From contig JAQXTA010000011.1 in the NCBI GenBank assembly GCA_029219245.1, positions 7,977 through 71,976 of the forward strand: 64,000 nucleotides of DNA, read 5' to 3'. The notes beneath the pieces are model-generated. The model worked only from the letters and a program-made list of their open reading frames with translations. It made no database searches and was not told the DNA's origin. Below, in pieces: positions 28,920 through 38,835 of the stretch (position 1 is its first letter; the number at the start of each line of letters is the position of its first letter). This DNA comes from Lachnospiraceae bacterium (GTDB taxonomy: Bacteria; Bacillota; Clostridia; Lachnospirales; Lachnospiraceae). Position numbers and translations under genes: made by a program.

Positions 28920-30884
28920 ATGGACGCATTAGAATTAAAGTATTTAAAGAGTCTGGCGAAGCAATATCCGACCATTGCTGCGGCTTCTACGGAAATTATT
29001 AACTTACAGGCGATATTGAATCTTCCGAAAGGAACGGAACATTTCCTGACGGATATTCACGGAGAATACGAGCAGTTCAATCATGTTTTAAAGAACGGTT
29101 CCGGTTCTGTTAGACGGAAAATTGATGAAGAATTCGGAAATACGTTGAGCAATAAGGATAAAAAAAGTCTGGCAACGTTAATCTATTATCCGGAAGAAAA
29201 GTTAGATCTTGTATTGCAGGAAGAGGATGAGAGCAATATCGAGGACTGGTATAAAATTACGCTGCACAGGCTGGTACAGATTACAAAGCGGGTATCTTCC
29301 AAGTATACCCGCTCTAAAGTAAGAAAAGCGTTGCCGCCCGATTTCTCTTATATTATTGAAGAGTTAATAACGGAAAAAGCAGAGATACAGGATAAGGAAG
29401 CTTACTATAACGAAATCATCCATACGATTATCCGGATTGGAAGAGCACCGGAATTCATTACGGCATTGAGTAATCTGATACAGAGGCTTGTTATTGATCA
29501 TCTGCACATCGTAGGAGATATTTATGACAGAGGACCGGGACCGCATGTTATCATTGATACGCTGCGACAGTATCATTCGGTTGATGTACAGTGGGGAAAC
29601 CATGATATTGTCTGGATGGGAGCCGCGAGTGGCCATCTTGCCTGTATTGCGAATGTAATCCGAATGGCAGCCCGATATGGGAATCTGGATACGTTGGAAG
29701 AAGGCTATGGTATTAACCTGATTCCACTTGCCACTTTTGCGATGGATGTTTATAAGGATGTTAACTGTGATGTATTCGCAATCAAGTATAATACGGATTA
29801 TGATACCAAGGATTTAAGTCTGGATATGAAGATGCATAAAGCCATTGCGATTATCCAGTTTAAGCTGGAAGGACAGCTTATTATGCGTCGTCCGGAGTTT
29901 GAGATGCAAAACAGAATGCTGTTAGAGCATATCAATTATGAGAAAAAGACAATTACCATTGACGGCAAAGAATATCATATGAAGGATGCGGACTTTCCAA
30001 CGGTAAACAAAGAACGTCCTTATGAATTGACGAAGGAAGAAGAACAGTTGATGGAACGTCTGCGCCAGGCTTTTGTTAAATGTGAGAAACTGCAAAAGCA
30101 TGTCCGTTTCCTTTTCTCCAAAGGAAGCCTGTACAAAGTGTACAATTCCAATCTGCTTTATCATGGCTGTGTGCCGATGGATGATGAAGGAAACTTTAAT
30201 AAAGTCAATATTTATGGCACAGAGTATAGCGGTAAAGAATTGTATGATGTGTTAGAGCATTATGCGCGAAAAGGATATTATGCTCATAACAATTTACAGG
30301 AGCAGTTAAAGGGGCAGGATATTCTCTGGTATATCTGGGCAGGACCGAATTCACCGGTATTTGGCAAAGACAAAATGGCGACCTTTGAACGTTACTTTGT
30401 GGAGGAAAAGGAAACCCATGTAGAAACCAAGAACGGCTATTACAGACTGTTAGATAACGAAACGGTTATCAATAAAATTCTGAAAGAATTCGGACTTAAC
30501 GAGGAAAAGTCTCATATTGTGAACGGTCATGTGCCTGTGGAACTGAAAAAAGGGGAATCTCCGATTAAGTGCGGTGGTAAGCTCTTAATCATTGATGGAG
30601 GATTTTCCAGAGCTTATCAGGACAAGACCGGAATAGCAGGCTATACACTGGTAGCGAATTCCTATGGCATGCGTCTGGTAGCTCATGAGCCATTTGAGTC
30701 AACTGAATCGGCCATTATCAATGAGTCGGATATTTTTTCGGATTCTATTATCTTAGAAACCAGTACGACCAGACAGAAAATTGCAGATACGGATATCGGT
30801 GCGGAACTTCGTGAAAGTATTCACCAATTGGAAGAACTTCTGCAGGCATACCGGGATGGTACGATTATTGAAAAAGGTGTATAA
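28920..30884 (+). CDS. fbp: Fructose-1,6-bisphosphatase class 3
   Basis: NLPKGTEHFLTDIHGEY, GDIYDRG, WGNHD, NGHVPV, IDGGFS. Confidence 0.95.
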   Translation: MDALELKYLKSLAKQYPTIAAASTEIINLQAILNLPKGTEHFLTDIHGEYEQFNHVLKNGSGSVRRKIDEEFGNTLSNKDKKSLATLIYYPEEKLDLVLQEEDESNIEDWYKITLHRLVQITKRVSSKYTRSKVRKALPPDFSYIIEELITEKAEIQDKEAYYNEIIHTIIRIGRAPEFITALSNLIQRLVIDHLHIVGDIYDRGPGPHVIIDTLRQYHSVDVQWGNHDIVWMGAASGHLACIANVIRMAARYGNLDTLEEGYGINLIPLATFAMDVYKDVNCDVFAIKYNTDYDTKDLSLDMKMHKAIAIIQFKLEGQLIMRRPEFEMQNRMLLEHINYEKKTITIDGKEYHMKDADFPTVNKERPYELTKEEEQLMERLRQAFVKCEKLQKHVRFLFSKGSLYKVYNSNLLYHGCVPMDDEGNFNKVNIYGTEYSGKELYDVLEHYARKGYYAHNNLQEQLKGQDILWYIWAGPNSPVFGKDKMATFERYFVEEKETHVETKNGYYRLLDNETVINKILKEFGLNEEKSHIVNGHVPVELKKGESPIKCGGKLLIIDGGFSRAYQDKTGIAGYTLVANSYGMRLVAHEPFESTESAIINESDIFSDSIILETSTTRQKIADTDIGAELRESIHQLEELLQAYRDGTIIEKGV

Positions 30885-30911
30885 AAAAAGGTGTCGTGCG
30901 ACACCTTTTTT
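30883..30911. terminator. Bidirectional terminator
   Basis: aaaaaaaggtgtcg-tg-cgacacctttttt. Confidence 0.85.
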
Positions 30912-30943
30912 GATTACCGGAATTTCCGGTAATAATAGAAAAA

Positions 30944-31471
30944 CTAACGGGTTTTGGAAGCAGTTGTCTTCGTTGAAGTTGTGTGAAGGGAAGTATTGTT
31001 GGTTGTGGTATTATTGTTGTCTGTTCCGGTTACATCATCTACAACGTTATTCACACCGTCTGCCACGTCATCTACGGCATTACCGATTGCATTACCGGCA
31101 TCGTCTACCATATCACCTACGGTATTACCTGCATCACCTATGACATCACCGGCATTGTCGGTTTCGCCTGCAGTTGCAGAGTTTACATTGTCGTTTATAC
31201 CGTTGTCTGTATCGTTTACAGTGGCATTGTTGGTGCCGTTTGTTGTGTTGCCGGCATTGTTTGCTTCTGTACCGGTTGTAGTATTTGTAGTGCCTGTGTT
31301 ATTTGTACCTGCATTGTTTGTCCCTGTGTCGGTCGTAGTATTTGTAGTGCCTGTATTATTGGTGCCTGTATTATTAGAAGCACTGCCATTATTTCCGGTT
31401 CCACAGGCGGTCATCATGGACATTGCCAGTACCATGAGAGCAGTAAATAACAACGTTTTAAATTTTTTCAT
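30944..31471 (-). CDS. Low-complexity Asn/Thr/Asp-rich lipoprotein
   Basis: Lipobox MTAC, TNNTGT repeats, 11-residue GDxxDDAGNxx repeats; RBS AGGAG. Confidence 0.8.
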   Translation of the reverse strand: MKKFKTLLFTALMVLAMSMMTACGTGNNGSASNNTGTNNTGTTNTTTDTGTNNAGTNNTGTTNTTTGTEANNAGNTTNGTNNATVNDTDNGINDNVNSATAGETDNAGDVIGDAGNTVGDMVDDAGNAIGNAVDDVADGVNNVVDDVTGTDNNNTTTNNTSLHTTSTKTTASKTR

Positions 31472-31529
31472 GCTTACACTCCTTTACTATATAATGAAAC
31501 AGGAATTGAGAAACTTCCTGTTCTTATGT

Positions 31530-31558
31530 TATTATGTCAGATAGAGATTAAAATATTC
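31530..31558 (-). promoter_or_regulatory. Possible sigma-G (forespore) promoter of the lipoprotein
   Basis: GAATA-17 nt-CATAATA on the minus strand. Confidence 0.5.
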
Positions 31559-31601
31559 GTAGAGTAAATAAGAGAAATATTGAAAATAACGGAGGGAAAA
31601 A

Positions 31602-32378
31602 ATGGAATTTCGGCCATGCATCGATATTCATAACGGAAGTGTAAAACAGATTGTAGGAAGCAGTCTGCGAGATGTGGGCAATCAGGCAGTGGAAAATTTT
31701 GTTGCCACACAGGATGCTGCTTTTTTTGCCAAATTATATAAAAATTATCAAATCAGAAATGGACATATTATTTTATTAAATCATATGGACAGTGAATACT
31801 TTCAGAAAACAAAAGAACAGGCTATGAATGCACTTACGGCATATCCGGGAGGTTTACAGATAGGTGGGGGTATTACGCCGGAGAATGCGGCAGAATACCT
31901 GAATGCCGGGGCTTCCCATGTCATTGTGACTTCCTATGTCTTTAAAAACGGATGCATTGATTATGAAAATCTGCATAAGCTTGTAAGAGAAACCGGAAAA
32001 GAAAAATTGGTTCTGGATTTAAGCTGCCGTATGAAAGACGGATGTTATTATATTGTAACCGACAGGTGGCAGAAATATACGGATGTAGAATTGAATGAAA
32101 AAACAATGGATGAACTTTCTTCTTATTGTGATGAATTTTTAATTCATGCGGTAGATGTGGAGGGAAAAGCAAGTGGAATAGAAACGAAGCTTGTAGAAAT
32201 GCTGGGGGGATGGAATAAGATACCGGTTACCTATGCGGGCGGTATACATAATTATGAGGATCTTCGTCTGCTCAAGGAACTGGGACACAACCAGATTCAT
32301 GCAACCATTGGAAGTGCACTGGATTTGTTTGGCGGCACGATGAAGTTTGAAGAAGTACTTTCCTATATCAGACAATAA
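31602..32378 (+). CDS. hisA: ProFAR isomerase, eukaryotic (His6)-type HisA
   Basis: FRPCIDIHNGSVKQIVGS, LQIGGGI, LVLDLSCR, HAVDVEG, TIGSALDLFGG. Confidence 0.9.
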   Translation: MEFRPCIDIHNGSVKQIVGSSLRDVGNQAVENFVATQDAAFFAKLYKNYQIRNGHIILLNHMDSEYFQKTKEQAMNALTAYPGGLQIGGGITPENAAEYLNAGASHVIVTSYVFKNGCIDYENLHKLVRETGKEKLVLDLSCRMKDGCYYIVTDRWQKYTDVELNEKTMDELSSYCDEFLIHAVDVEGKASGIETKLVEMLGGWNKIPVTYAGGIHNYEDLRLLKELGHNQIHATIGSALDLFGGTMKFEEVLSYIRQ

Positions 32379-32506
32379 AAAAAGAACCTGTCAAAAGACA
32401 GATTCTTCTTCTAATCCGTTATAACAATATTGCAAATTCTAAATAAAATTCATCATTTATATTTAAGAAAAGGCACATCGTGATACTGATTAAGTGGTTA
32501 TAAAAA

Positions 32507-32707
32507 TTATAACTTTGTTACGTTTACGGCCTGAGGTCCTTTTTCGCCATTTACTACTTCGTACTCAACAGCAGCACCTTCTTCAAGGGATTTAAAGCCT
32601 TCCATGTTAAGTCCTGAGTAATGAACGAAAACATCGTTACCCTGCTCATCAGAGATGAAACCGTAACCTTTTTGGTTGTTAAACCATTTTACTGTACCTT
32701 TGTTCAT
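32507..32707 (-). CDS. Cold-shock protein
   Basis: [18 protein letters not shown]...DVFVHYS; true start 32707 with RBS GGAGG. Confidence 0.95.
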   Translation of the reverse strand: MNKGTVKWFNNQKGYGFISDEQGNDVFVHYSGLNMEGFKSLEEGAAVEYEVVNGEKGPQAVNVTKL

Positions 32708-32894
32708 CGTAGATACCTCCAAAAATATTAAAAAATCTATATGTCTTGCGACATCCATAGAATAGCACATGTATTTCCAAAAGTAAAGCATTCTTTTATT
32801 TTCTTTTGGCAATATTTGCCTGATAAAAAATCTTATGATATAATCAACAGAACAGATAGTATAGTTTACAGGATAGGAGGGATACGGACAGAGC

Positions 32895-33410
32895 ATGGAA
32901 GGCGATACCAGAAGAAAGAAAATTATGGAAATTCTGCAGCAGAAAAGCCAGCCGGTATCGGGAACAGAGCTTGCAGGCATGATGGGTGTCAGCAGACAGA
33001 TTATTGTTCAGGACATAGCACTTCTTCGTACCTCATATAAGAACATCCTTTCCACCAACAAGGGGTATCTGCTCTATGAGAGCGTATCCAGACCTCAATA
33101 CTGCAGAAGGTCTTTCAAAGTAAAACACGGAAATGAGGAAATCCGGCAGGAACTGAATCTGATTGTGGATGCAGGTGCCAGAGTACTTGATGTAGTTGTG
33201 GAACACAATATTTATGGACAAATAATGGTGGACCTGATTATAAATAACCGTACCGATGTAGATGCTTTTGTGCGTCAGGTGGAAGAAAATAAAACGAAGC
33301 CATTAAATGAACTGACGGATGGGGTACATTTTCATACCATAGAAGCAGAGCGGGAAGAAATTTTGGATGAAGTTGAAAAACGCTTGAAAGAGGCAGGGTT
33401 TCTGCTATAA
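32895..33410 (+). CDS. NiaR/NadR-type transcriptional repressor (HTH + 3H domain)
   Basis: [31 protein letters not shown]. Confidence 0.9.
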   Translation: MEGDTRRKKIMEILQQKSQPVSGTELAGMMGVSRQIIVQDIALLRTSYKNILSTNKGYLLYESVSRPQYCRRSFKVKHGNEEIRQELNLIVDAGARVLDVVVEHNIYGQIMVDLIINNRTDVDAFVRQVEENKTKPLNELTDGVHFHTIEAEREEILDEVEKRLKEAGFLL

Positions 33411-33429
33411 GTAATGGAGGTAACTTTGG

Positions 33430-34152
33430 GTGAGTGAATCAGAAAACAAAAAGCGGAAAAGAAAAGTTAACTACACTCTGATGCTCTTTGTAGATTCCAA
33501 AGAAGGGCGAATCAGGCAGATGGGGATTGGACCGAGAGCAGTAGAATCGCTGGCTGTTCTGATGTTATTTGCAGTGGTGATTCTGGGAAGCGGTTTCTAT
33601 TTCAGTCAGAAGAAAGTGCAGGAACTGGAAAAGGAAAGTGCAAAGCAGGCGGAAACGATTACGAAGTTGGAGGAAGAAAATCAGGATTTAGTTGATTTAA
33701 GAGAGGAACTGACTGATAAGGTTACGATACTAAGTGACACGATTAATCAAAAGGTGGAAGAAGAGGAAGCACTTGCGCAGGCTGAGGCAGAGGCTCATAT
33801 GCCTATCGGCTTTCCACTTTCGTCTTCGGCAGCGGTCTCAGAAGAAGAAAATGAGGACAAAATGGTTGTTTTTACCGGTTCTGAGGGAAACAGTGTTATT
33901 GCTTCTGCAGCCGGAACAGTTGTTTCCATTACGACAGACAGTATCTATGACCGTTGTATAAAAATCGACCATGGAAATGGCTATGTCAGCATTTACCGGA
34001 ATAACGGAACAGAGATGGTTAAGGAAGGCGATGAAGTTGTAAGAGGTGCAATTCTCTTTGTGATTGGAGAAGAGAATACAGAGTTAGGATACCAGATACA
34101 ATATGAAGAAAAGAATATTGATCCAATGGAATTCATTGATATTGACGGTTAA
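33430..34152 (+). CDS. Membrane coiled-coil protein with degenerate M23 domain
   Basis: TM + coiled coil + IKIDHGNGYVSIY..VKEGDEVVRG; Zn-ligand His motifs absent. Confidence 0.75.
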   Translation: MSESENKKRKRKVNYTLMLFVDSKEGRIRQMGIGPRAVESLAVLMLFAVVILGSGFYFSQKKVQELEKESAKQAETITKLEEENQDLVDLREELTDKVTILSDTINQKVEEEEALAQAEAEAHMPIGFPLSSSAAVSEEENEDKMVVFTGSEGNSVIASAAGTVVSITTDSIYDRCIKIDHGNGYVSIYRNNGTEMVKEGDEVVRGAILFVIGEENTELGYQIQYEEKNIDPMEFIDIDG

Positions 34153-34172
34153 AAGAAAGTGGAACGACCTGG

Positions 34173-34460
34173 TTATTTTCCAAGTCGTTCCATTACTAAT
34201 TCGTAACCATCATTTCCATAATTTAAAGAGCGGTTGACACGGGAGATGGTGGCGGTTGAGGCTCCGGTCTTCTCTGCAATTTCCAGATAGGTCTTGTGGT
34301 TCTTCAGCATAGAAGCAACTTCAAAGCGTTGGGAAAGCGATAACAGTTCATTGACGGTACACAGATCTTCAAAGAAACTGTAACATTCCTCCTTATCTTT
34401 TAAACATAGAATGGCATCAAATAAATGATCAACAGCCTCTGTTTTTAATTTTTTGTTCAT
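34173..34460 (-). CDS. yerC: YerC/YecD TrpR-like protein
   Basis: FFEDLCTVNELLSLSQR...TGASTATISRVNRSLNYG. Confidence 0.92.
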   Translation of the reverse strand: MNKKLKTEAVDHLFDAILCLKDKEECYSFFEDLCTVNELLSLSQRFEVASMLKNHKTYLEIAEKTGASTATISRVNRSLNYGNDGYELVMERLGK

Positions 34461-34705
34461 AACAATCATCACCCCTTTTCTGCTTTTTTCCTTGCTTTAT
34501 ATTACTTTCACACGTTAATACGTTACTATCCCTATGTAAGATTAAATATAGCATATACTTCTTTTAAAGTAAAGTCAGGCAGAAATGAAAATTTAAAAAA
34601 TTAGGATTATATGGTACTTGTCATGTAGTAATAAAAACTATATAATATATTATACGATTTATCAGAACAAAAATCTCCAGAAACACGAGAGGAGCAACGA
34701 TAAAA

Positions 34706-35341
34706 ATGACAATTAAAACAGAAGATTTAATAAACAGTATTATGGAAAGTCTGGACAGAATAGCTTATATTAAGGCAGAGGATATTCCAAATATTGATTT
34801 ATATATGGACCAGGTCACTACTTTTATGGAAACACGCCTGAAGAGTACAACCAGGAATCCACAAGAGGATAAAATTTTGACGAAAACCATGATAAATAAT
34901 TATGCCAAAAATGATTTGCTGCCTCCGCCGGTTAAGAAAAAATATACGAAGGATCATGTAATGCTGCTTATCTTTATCTATTATTATAAGGGAATTTTAT
35001 CCATTAGTGATATACAGACTTTATTGCAGCCTATTTCGGAAAATTTCTTTGATTCGGATAAGGATTTTAATCTGGAAAAGATTTATGAAACGGTTTTTGG
35101 GTTGGAGCAGGAACAGACCGAGAAGCTGAAAAAGGATGTAGAAGAGAAATTTCATGTTTCTGAGAAAACTTTTTTAGATGCGCCGGAAGAGAACAGAGAG
35201 TTTTTACAGATATTTTCTTTTATTTGTATGTTGAGTTTTGATGCTTATGTCAAAAGACTTCTGGTTGAAAAAATAATTGATGGTATGCAGGATACCAAAG
35301 GTCAGAAAGGGCAGCATAAAAACAGCAAAAGTGAAAAATGA
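34706..35341 (+). CDS. DUF1836 family protein
   Basis: IPNIDLYMDQVT, LTKTMINNYAK..LLPPP.KKKY. Confidence 0.88.
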   Translation: MTIKTEDLINSIMESLDRIAYIKAEDIPNIDLYMDQVTTFMETRLKSTTRNPQEDKILTKTMINNYAKNDLLPPPVKKKYTKDHVMLLIFIYYYKGILSISDIQTLLQPISENFFDSDKDFNLEKIYETVFGLEQEQTEKLKKDVEEKFHVSEKTFLDAPEENREFLQIFSFICMLSFDAYVKRLLVEKIIDGMQDTKGQKGQHKNSKSEK

Positions 35342-35466
35342 TGATATGAGCGTTTTTTTATGTAGAAAAAAGGAGTACAAGGATAGAAAAACAGTAAGTT
35401 ATGTGGTAGAATGACATTAAATGGGTATTGGGGAAGTAAATAAGGAAGATATATAAGGAGGAAGAA

Positions 35467-35844
35467 ATGGCAGAACCAGTAAGGACAGTTTATGATTTGG
35501 CAAGCCGGGGATTTGACGTGGATACAGGGATTGCCATGTGTGCAGATGATGAGGAAATGTATCTGGAAGTTTTGGATGCAGCATTAGAAGAGGGAGAAGA
35601 GAAAATTCCCTTTATTCGAGAGTGTTATGAAAAGAAAGATTTTGACAGGTATTGCATAGAGGTACATGGTCTGAAGAATGCTGCAAGATCAATTGGTGCG
35701 CTACACTTGTCTGAGATTGCAAAGGAACAGGAGTTTGCGGTAAAAGAGAACAATCTTCATTTAGTAGACGAAGGTGTGGATACTCTTCTTGCAGAATACC
35801 AGGATATAGTGGATGCCTTACAGGAATTGATGGAGAATCAGTAA
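35467..35844 (+). CDS. Hpt domain protein
   Basis: VHGLKNAARSIGA. Confidence 0.85.
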   Translation: MAEPVRTVYDLASRGFDVDTGIAMCADDEEMYLEVLDAALEEGEEKIPFIRECYEKKDFDRYCIEVHGLKNAARSIGALHLSEIAKEQEFAVKENNLHLVDEGVDTLLAEYQDIVDALQELMENQ

Positions 35845-35881
35845 GAAGTAAGTTGACTTGAATACCGGTAAGAATGTAAAG

Positions 35882-35918
35882 AGCCCGAAGATGGGAAACC
35901 ATCGACGGGCTTTTTTTT
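35882..35918. terminator. Terminator between the Hpt gene and the 3' half of the ytlA-like gene
   Basis: agcccgaagatgg-gaaa-ccatcgacgggc followed by a T-run. Confidence 0.75.
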
Positions 35919-36346
35919 AGTATGCTGCTTCCTTTGCAAAGGTTGTATTTACCAGATCTTCATATGGAACGCGGTTTTCCAGTTCTCCGGCTTCTTCCAG
36001 AATGTTTTGCAGCAGGTCAAAGCTGTCTTTTTCAAATATCAAATCTGCTTTCCAGGTATTCTGGGAGGCATAACGATCTACAATGGTAGTAATGGTGTCA
36101 AGATCCGTTTCTTCAAACTGCGGTTGAATCACAGCAGCGATTTCCTCAGCCGAATGTGTCTGGACATAGTCCATACCTTCCTGCAACGCATTAGTAAATC
36201 CTTGAATGATATCCGGGTTTGCTTCCAGATAACTCTTCTTTGCAGAGAAAGCGGTATAAGGAACATAGCCGGAATCTTCGCCAAGAGAAGCAACAACATA
36301 ACCATCGCCTTTGGCTTCCAGTGAAGTTGCATGTGGTTCAAATTCT
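35917..36346 (-). CDS. 3' half of the interrupted YtlA-like ABC substrate-binding protein gene
   Basis: Open frame from the junction: (V)EFEPHATSLEAKGDGYVVASLGEDSGYVPYTAFSAKKSYLEANPDIIQGFTNALQEGMDY...VNTTFAKEAAY*; no start codon or RBS at the junction. Confidence 0.9.
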
Positions 36347-37849
36347 ACTCAAAAAAGTTGTTTCCTGCACCCTGTCGGAAATACTGTCCTGAGGTATGGG
36401 AAAAAATGTACAGCCGCATGGCTTATGGCTGACCGAATCAATTTCAATGGAGGACAGGATGCTTTTCCAGAAAGCCTTTTGTTGCAGGATGGGAAGGGCA
36501 TGGTATTGTGCCTGCCAGCATGAAGCTGCTGGAACGGCAGAAGAAATCCCGGATGTGACATTCTGGCGAACCGTCTGCAACATAAACCCTTCCTCGGTGG
36601 GAGAGTTTAATTGGCTTTGCAATGTCTGATATCTTTCCTCATAAAAATGTTCTGTAATACGCCCTTTGAGATACAGATTGTTAAGACGGTCCAGCTCCTC
36701 ATGGAGTCTGGCAGAAAACAGGCAGCCTTTTAAAGAACCGTCTGATACGATGGATTCCGAAGGGCAGAAAGGGGAAGCAGTACCGGGTTCCAACCGGAGC
36801 TTTTTTAACTTTTGGTAGAGAAATTCGGAAGGTCTGCTGCCATCCGGTAAGGTATTCGTTGTTTCCTGCTCCAATTGTTCCAGCAGATAAGTTTCCAGTT
36901 TTTTTTCAGACAGGCAGGCACTGTTGTGATAAGCGGTATATTTATTGCTGCATCGGTAGTATTTGGTAATACGGACCGAGCCGTCTTTTCGGCGATACTT
37001 TTTGACAAAACCGGACAAATTTTTGCCGCAGACCGGACAGGGTATCAGCGAGGAGAAAAGGTAGGGTTCTGTCTGATGATAAATCTCTTTGGTCTGGGAA
37101 ACAGATTGCAACTTATGAAATTGCTCCGGCGTAATATAGGCTTCGCAGTAAGAGGGGATGCCGTAGAGACAGCCGGCGTAGGTTTCGGAAGAAAGAACCC
37201 GCTGTATTTGATAGGGGGTAGGTGCAAGGCTGCCATATTTGTTCTGGATATAGCGGATGGTTTCTTTTTTGGAGTAAGTAGCGAAGTAGTGGGAGAAAAT
37301 ATCTTCCACAATCGGACTTGTATCAGGGTTTTTTACAAGATGTTTGTTTTCATTTACCCGGTAACCGTAGGCAGGTTTGCCGCTTAAATATTCCTGTCTG
37401 CTCTTTTTGTATGCAAAAACAGAACGGATGCGTTCCGAATCCCGGTCACATTCGTTTTCATTGACCGAAAGCATGATATTGATGGCGAATCTGCCGTTTG
37501 AGGTACTGGTATCGTATTCCTCGAAAATAGTTTTCCAGTTGCAGTGATGGGCTTCCAGAATGGACTGGGTGTTGTGGTAATCCTTGATGTTGCGGAACCA
37601 GCGGTCTAATTTGGTTACCAGAATCAGGTCGATTTTGTCGGCTTTGACATCATTCAGAAGACGTAGTAAATCCTTACGGTTCTGAATTTTTTTGCGTGCA
37701 GTAATTCCTTCATCGGTATAGTAGTCTACAATGGTGTAATGGTGTGCGAGGGCATAGTCGGTGAGTGCCTGCCGTTGTGCTTCCAAGGATAAACCGTCTT
37801 TGACCTGCATTTCGGTACTTACTCTGTCATAAATGGCGCATCGAATCAT
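36338..37849 (-). CDS. Large serine recombinase (SpoIVCA/phage-integrase-like)
   Basis: AIYDRVST catalytic Ser motif, YTDEGITA, TKLDRWFRN, PAYGY recombinase domain, Zn ribbon CPVCG...YYRC. Confidence 0.95.
   Translation of the reverse strand: MIRCAIYDRVSTEMQVKDGLSLEAQRQALTDYALAHHYTIVDYYTDEGITARKKIQNRKDLLRLLNDVKADKIDLILVTKLDRWFRNIKDYHNTQSILEAHHCNWKTIFEEYDTSTSNGRFAINIMLSVNENECDRDSERIRSVFAYKKSRQEYLSGKPAYGYRVNENKHLVKNPDTSPIVEDIFSHYFATYSKKETIRYIQNKYGSLAPTPYQIQRVLSSETYAGCLYGIPSYCEAYITPEQFHKLQSVSQTKEIYHQTEPYLFSSLIPCPVCGKNLSGFVKKYRRKDGSVRITKYYRCSNKYTAYHNSACLSEKKLETYLLEQLEQETTNTLPDGSRPSEFLYQKLKKLRLEPGTASPFCPSESIVSDGSLKGCLFSARLHEELDRLNNLYLKGRITEHFYEERYQTLQSQLNSPTEEGFMLQTVRQNVTSGISSAVPAASCWQAQYHALPILQQKAFWKSILSSIEIDSVSHKPCGCTFFPIPQDSISDRVQETTFLSRI
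36344..36372. repeat. Left att junction (TCTAC core + 14-bp arm TGTTTCCTGCACCC at 36359-36372)
   Basis: Arm is the exact reverse complement of 39411-39424. Confidence 0.88.
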
Positions 37850-37988
37850 AATAGCCTCATAATAAGTGGTGTTGATTCATTATATTCCCTCAAGGGAGAA
37901 AAATTTCTAAGAAAGAAAAGCGTATGTCATAGAAATATTGATTTTGGTATGCTATAGTTAGAAGCTGAAAAGGTGAAAGAAAGGTTTA

Positions 37989-38810
37989 GTGAAAAATATG
38001 CAGAAAGAAAAACTGATTTTTTTAGGAACAGGACATGCCATGACATTGGATTGCTTCAATACATGTTTTATATGGCAGAATGAAGAAGGAGAAAATATTC
38101 TGGTGGATACCGGAGGCGGTATTCAGATTTTAAAACAGCTTCGCAGTGCAGAGGTGGATTTTGGAAAGCTTCATCATGTGATTTTGTCCCATAAGCACAG
38201 TGACCATATTCTGGGACTGTTCTGGATAGTCAGAAACTGTCACAAATATATAACAGCAGGAAAATATGAAGGAAACCTTCATTTATATATGCACAAAGAA
38301 CTGGAAGAAGTAGTGCGTACGATTCTTCCGGCAGTCTTGCCGAAAAAATTTACGGATTTATTTGATGAGAGAATTCTATTTCATGTGGTAGAAGATAAAG
38401 AGGAACGGGAAATTTTAAATTACAAGATCCGTTTTCTGGATATCCATGCCAAAAAGGATAGGCAGTTTGGATTTCGGACAACTTTAAGGAATGGCAAGAG
38501 TATGGTCTTTCTGGGGGATGAAACTTATGATGAGGCATTGAGAAAAGAGGTGGAAGGCTGCGACATTCTGATGCATGAAGCATTTTGTTTAGAGTCGGAA
38601 GCAGACCGTTTCAAGCCTTATGAGAAAAAACATTCCACTGCAAAAAATGCAGCTGTGATTGCGGAAGGGTTACAGGTAAAAAATCTGATTCTGTATCATA
38701 GTAGCGATAACGATATGGCGAACCGGAAAGAGGCATATGAGAAGGAAGCGAAAGAAGTTTTTACCGGGAATGTCTATGCACCGGTTGATTTGGATGTAAT
38801 AGAGTTATAG
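37989..38810 (+). CDS. MBL-fold metallo-hydrolase (RNase Z-like), cargo of the element
   Basis: FLGTG, VDTGGG, SHKHSDH, GDET, HEA, HST, LYHS. Confidence 0.85.
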   Translation: MKNMQKEKLIFLGTGHAMTLDCFNTCFIWQNEEGENILVDTGGGIQILKQLRSAEVDFGKLHHVILSHKHSDHILGLFWIVRNCHKYITAGKYEGNLHLYMHKELEEVVRTILPAVLPKKFTDLFDERILFHVVEDKEEREILNYKIRFLDIHAKKDRQFGFRTTLRNGKSMVFLGDETYDEALRKEVEGCDILMHEAFCLESEADRFKPYEKKHSTAKNAAVIAEGLQVKNLILYHSSDNDMANRKEAYEKEAKEVFTGNVYAPVDLDVIEL

Positions 38811-38835
38811 ACAGCTTAGAAGAAAGGAAAGAAAA

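Noticed and set aside
31260-31375. Short DNA repeats as a CRISPR array
   Set aside because: In-frame coding repeats with no constant repeat-spacer structure and no cas genes.
30983-31544. Long + strand ORFs opposite the lipoprotein
   Set aside because: Antisense shadows of low-complexity coding sequence with no RBS.
31602-32378. Eukaryote-type HisA as recent horizontal transfer
   Set aside because: This subtype is already known in Clostridia and shows no visible compositional anomaly.
35917-36186. 89-aa ORF as an independent small gene
   Set aside because: It is the tail of the interrupted gene; the frame stays open upstream to the att junction.
36129-36341. 70-aa ORF overlapping the recombinase stop as a possible RDF
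   Set aside because: It lies outside the element and is an alternate frame of the ytlA-like 3' half.
37875-37912. Sporulation sigma-factor promoter for the recombinase (GGGAATATAAT on the minus strand)
   Set aside because: A plausible -10 but no convincing -35 at the right spacing, so no sigma factor can be assigned.
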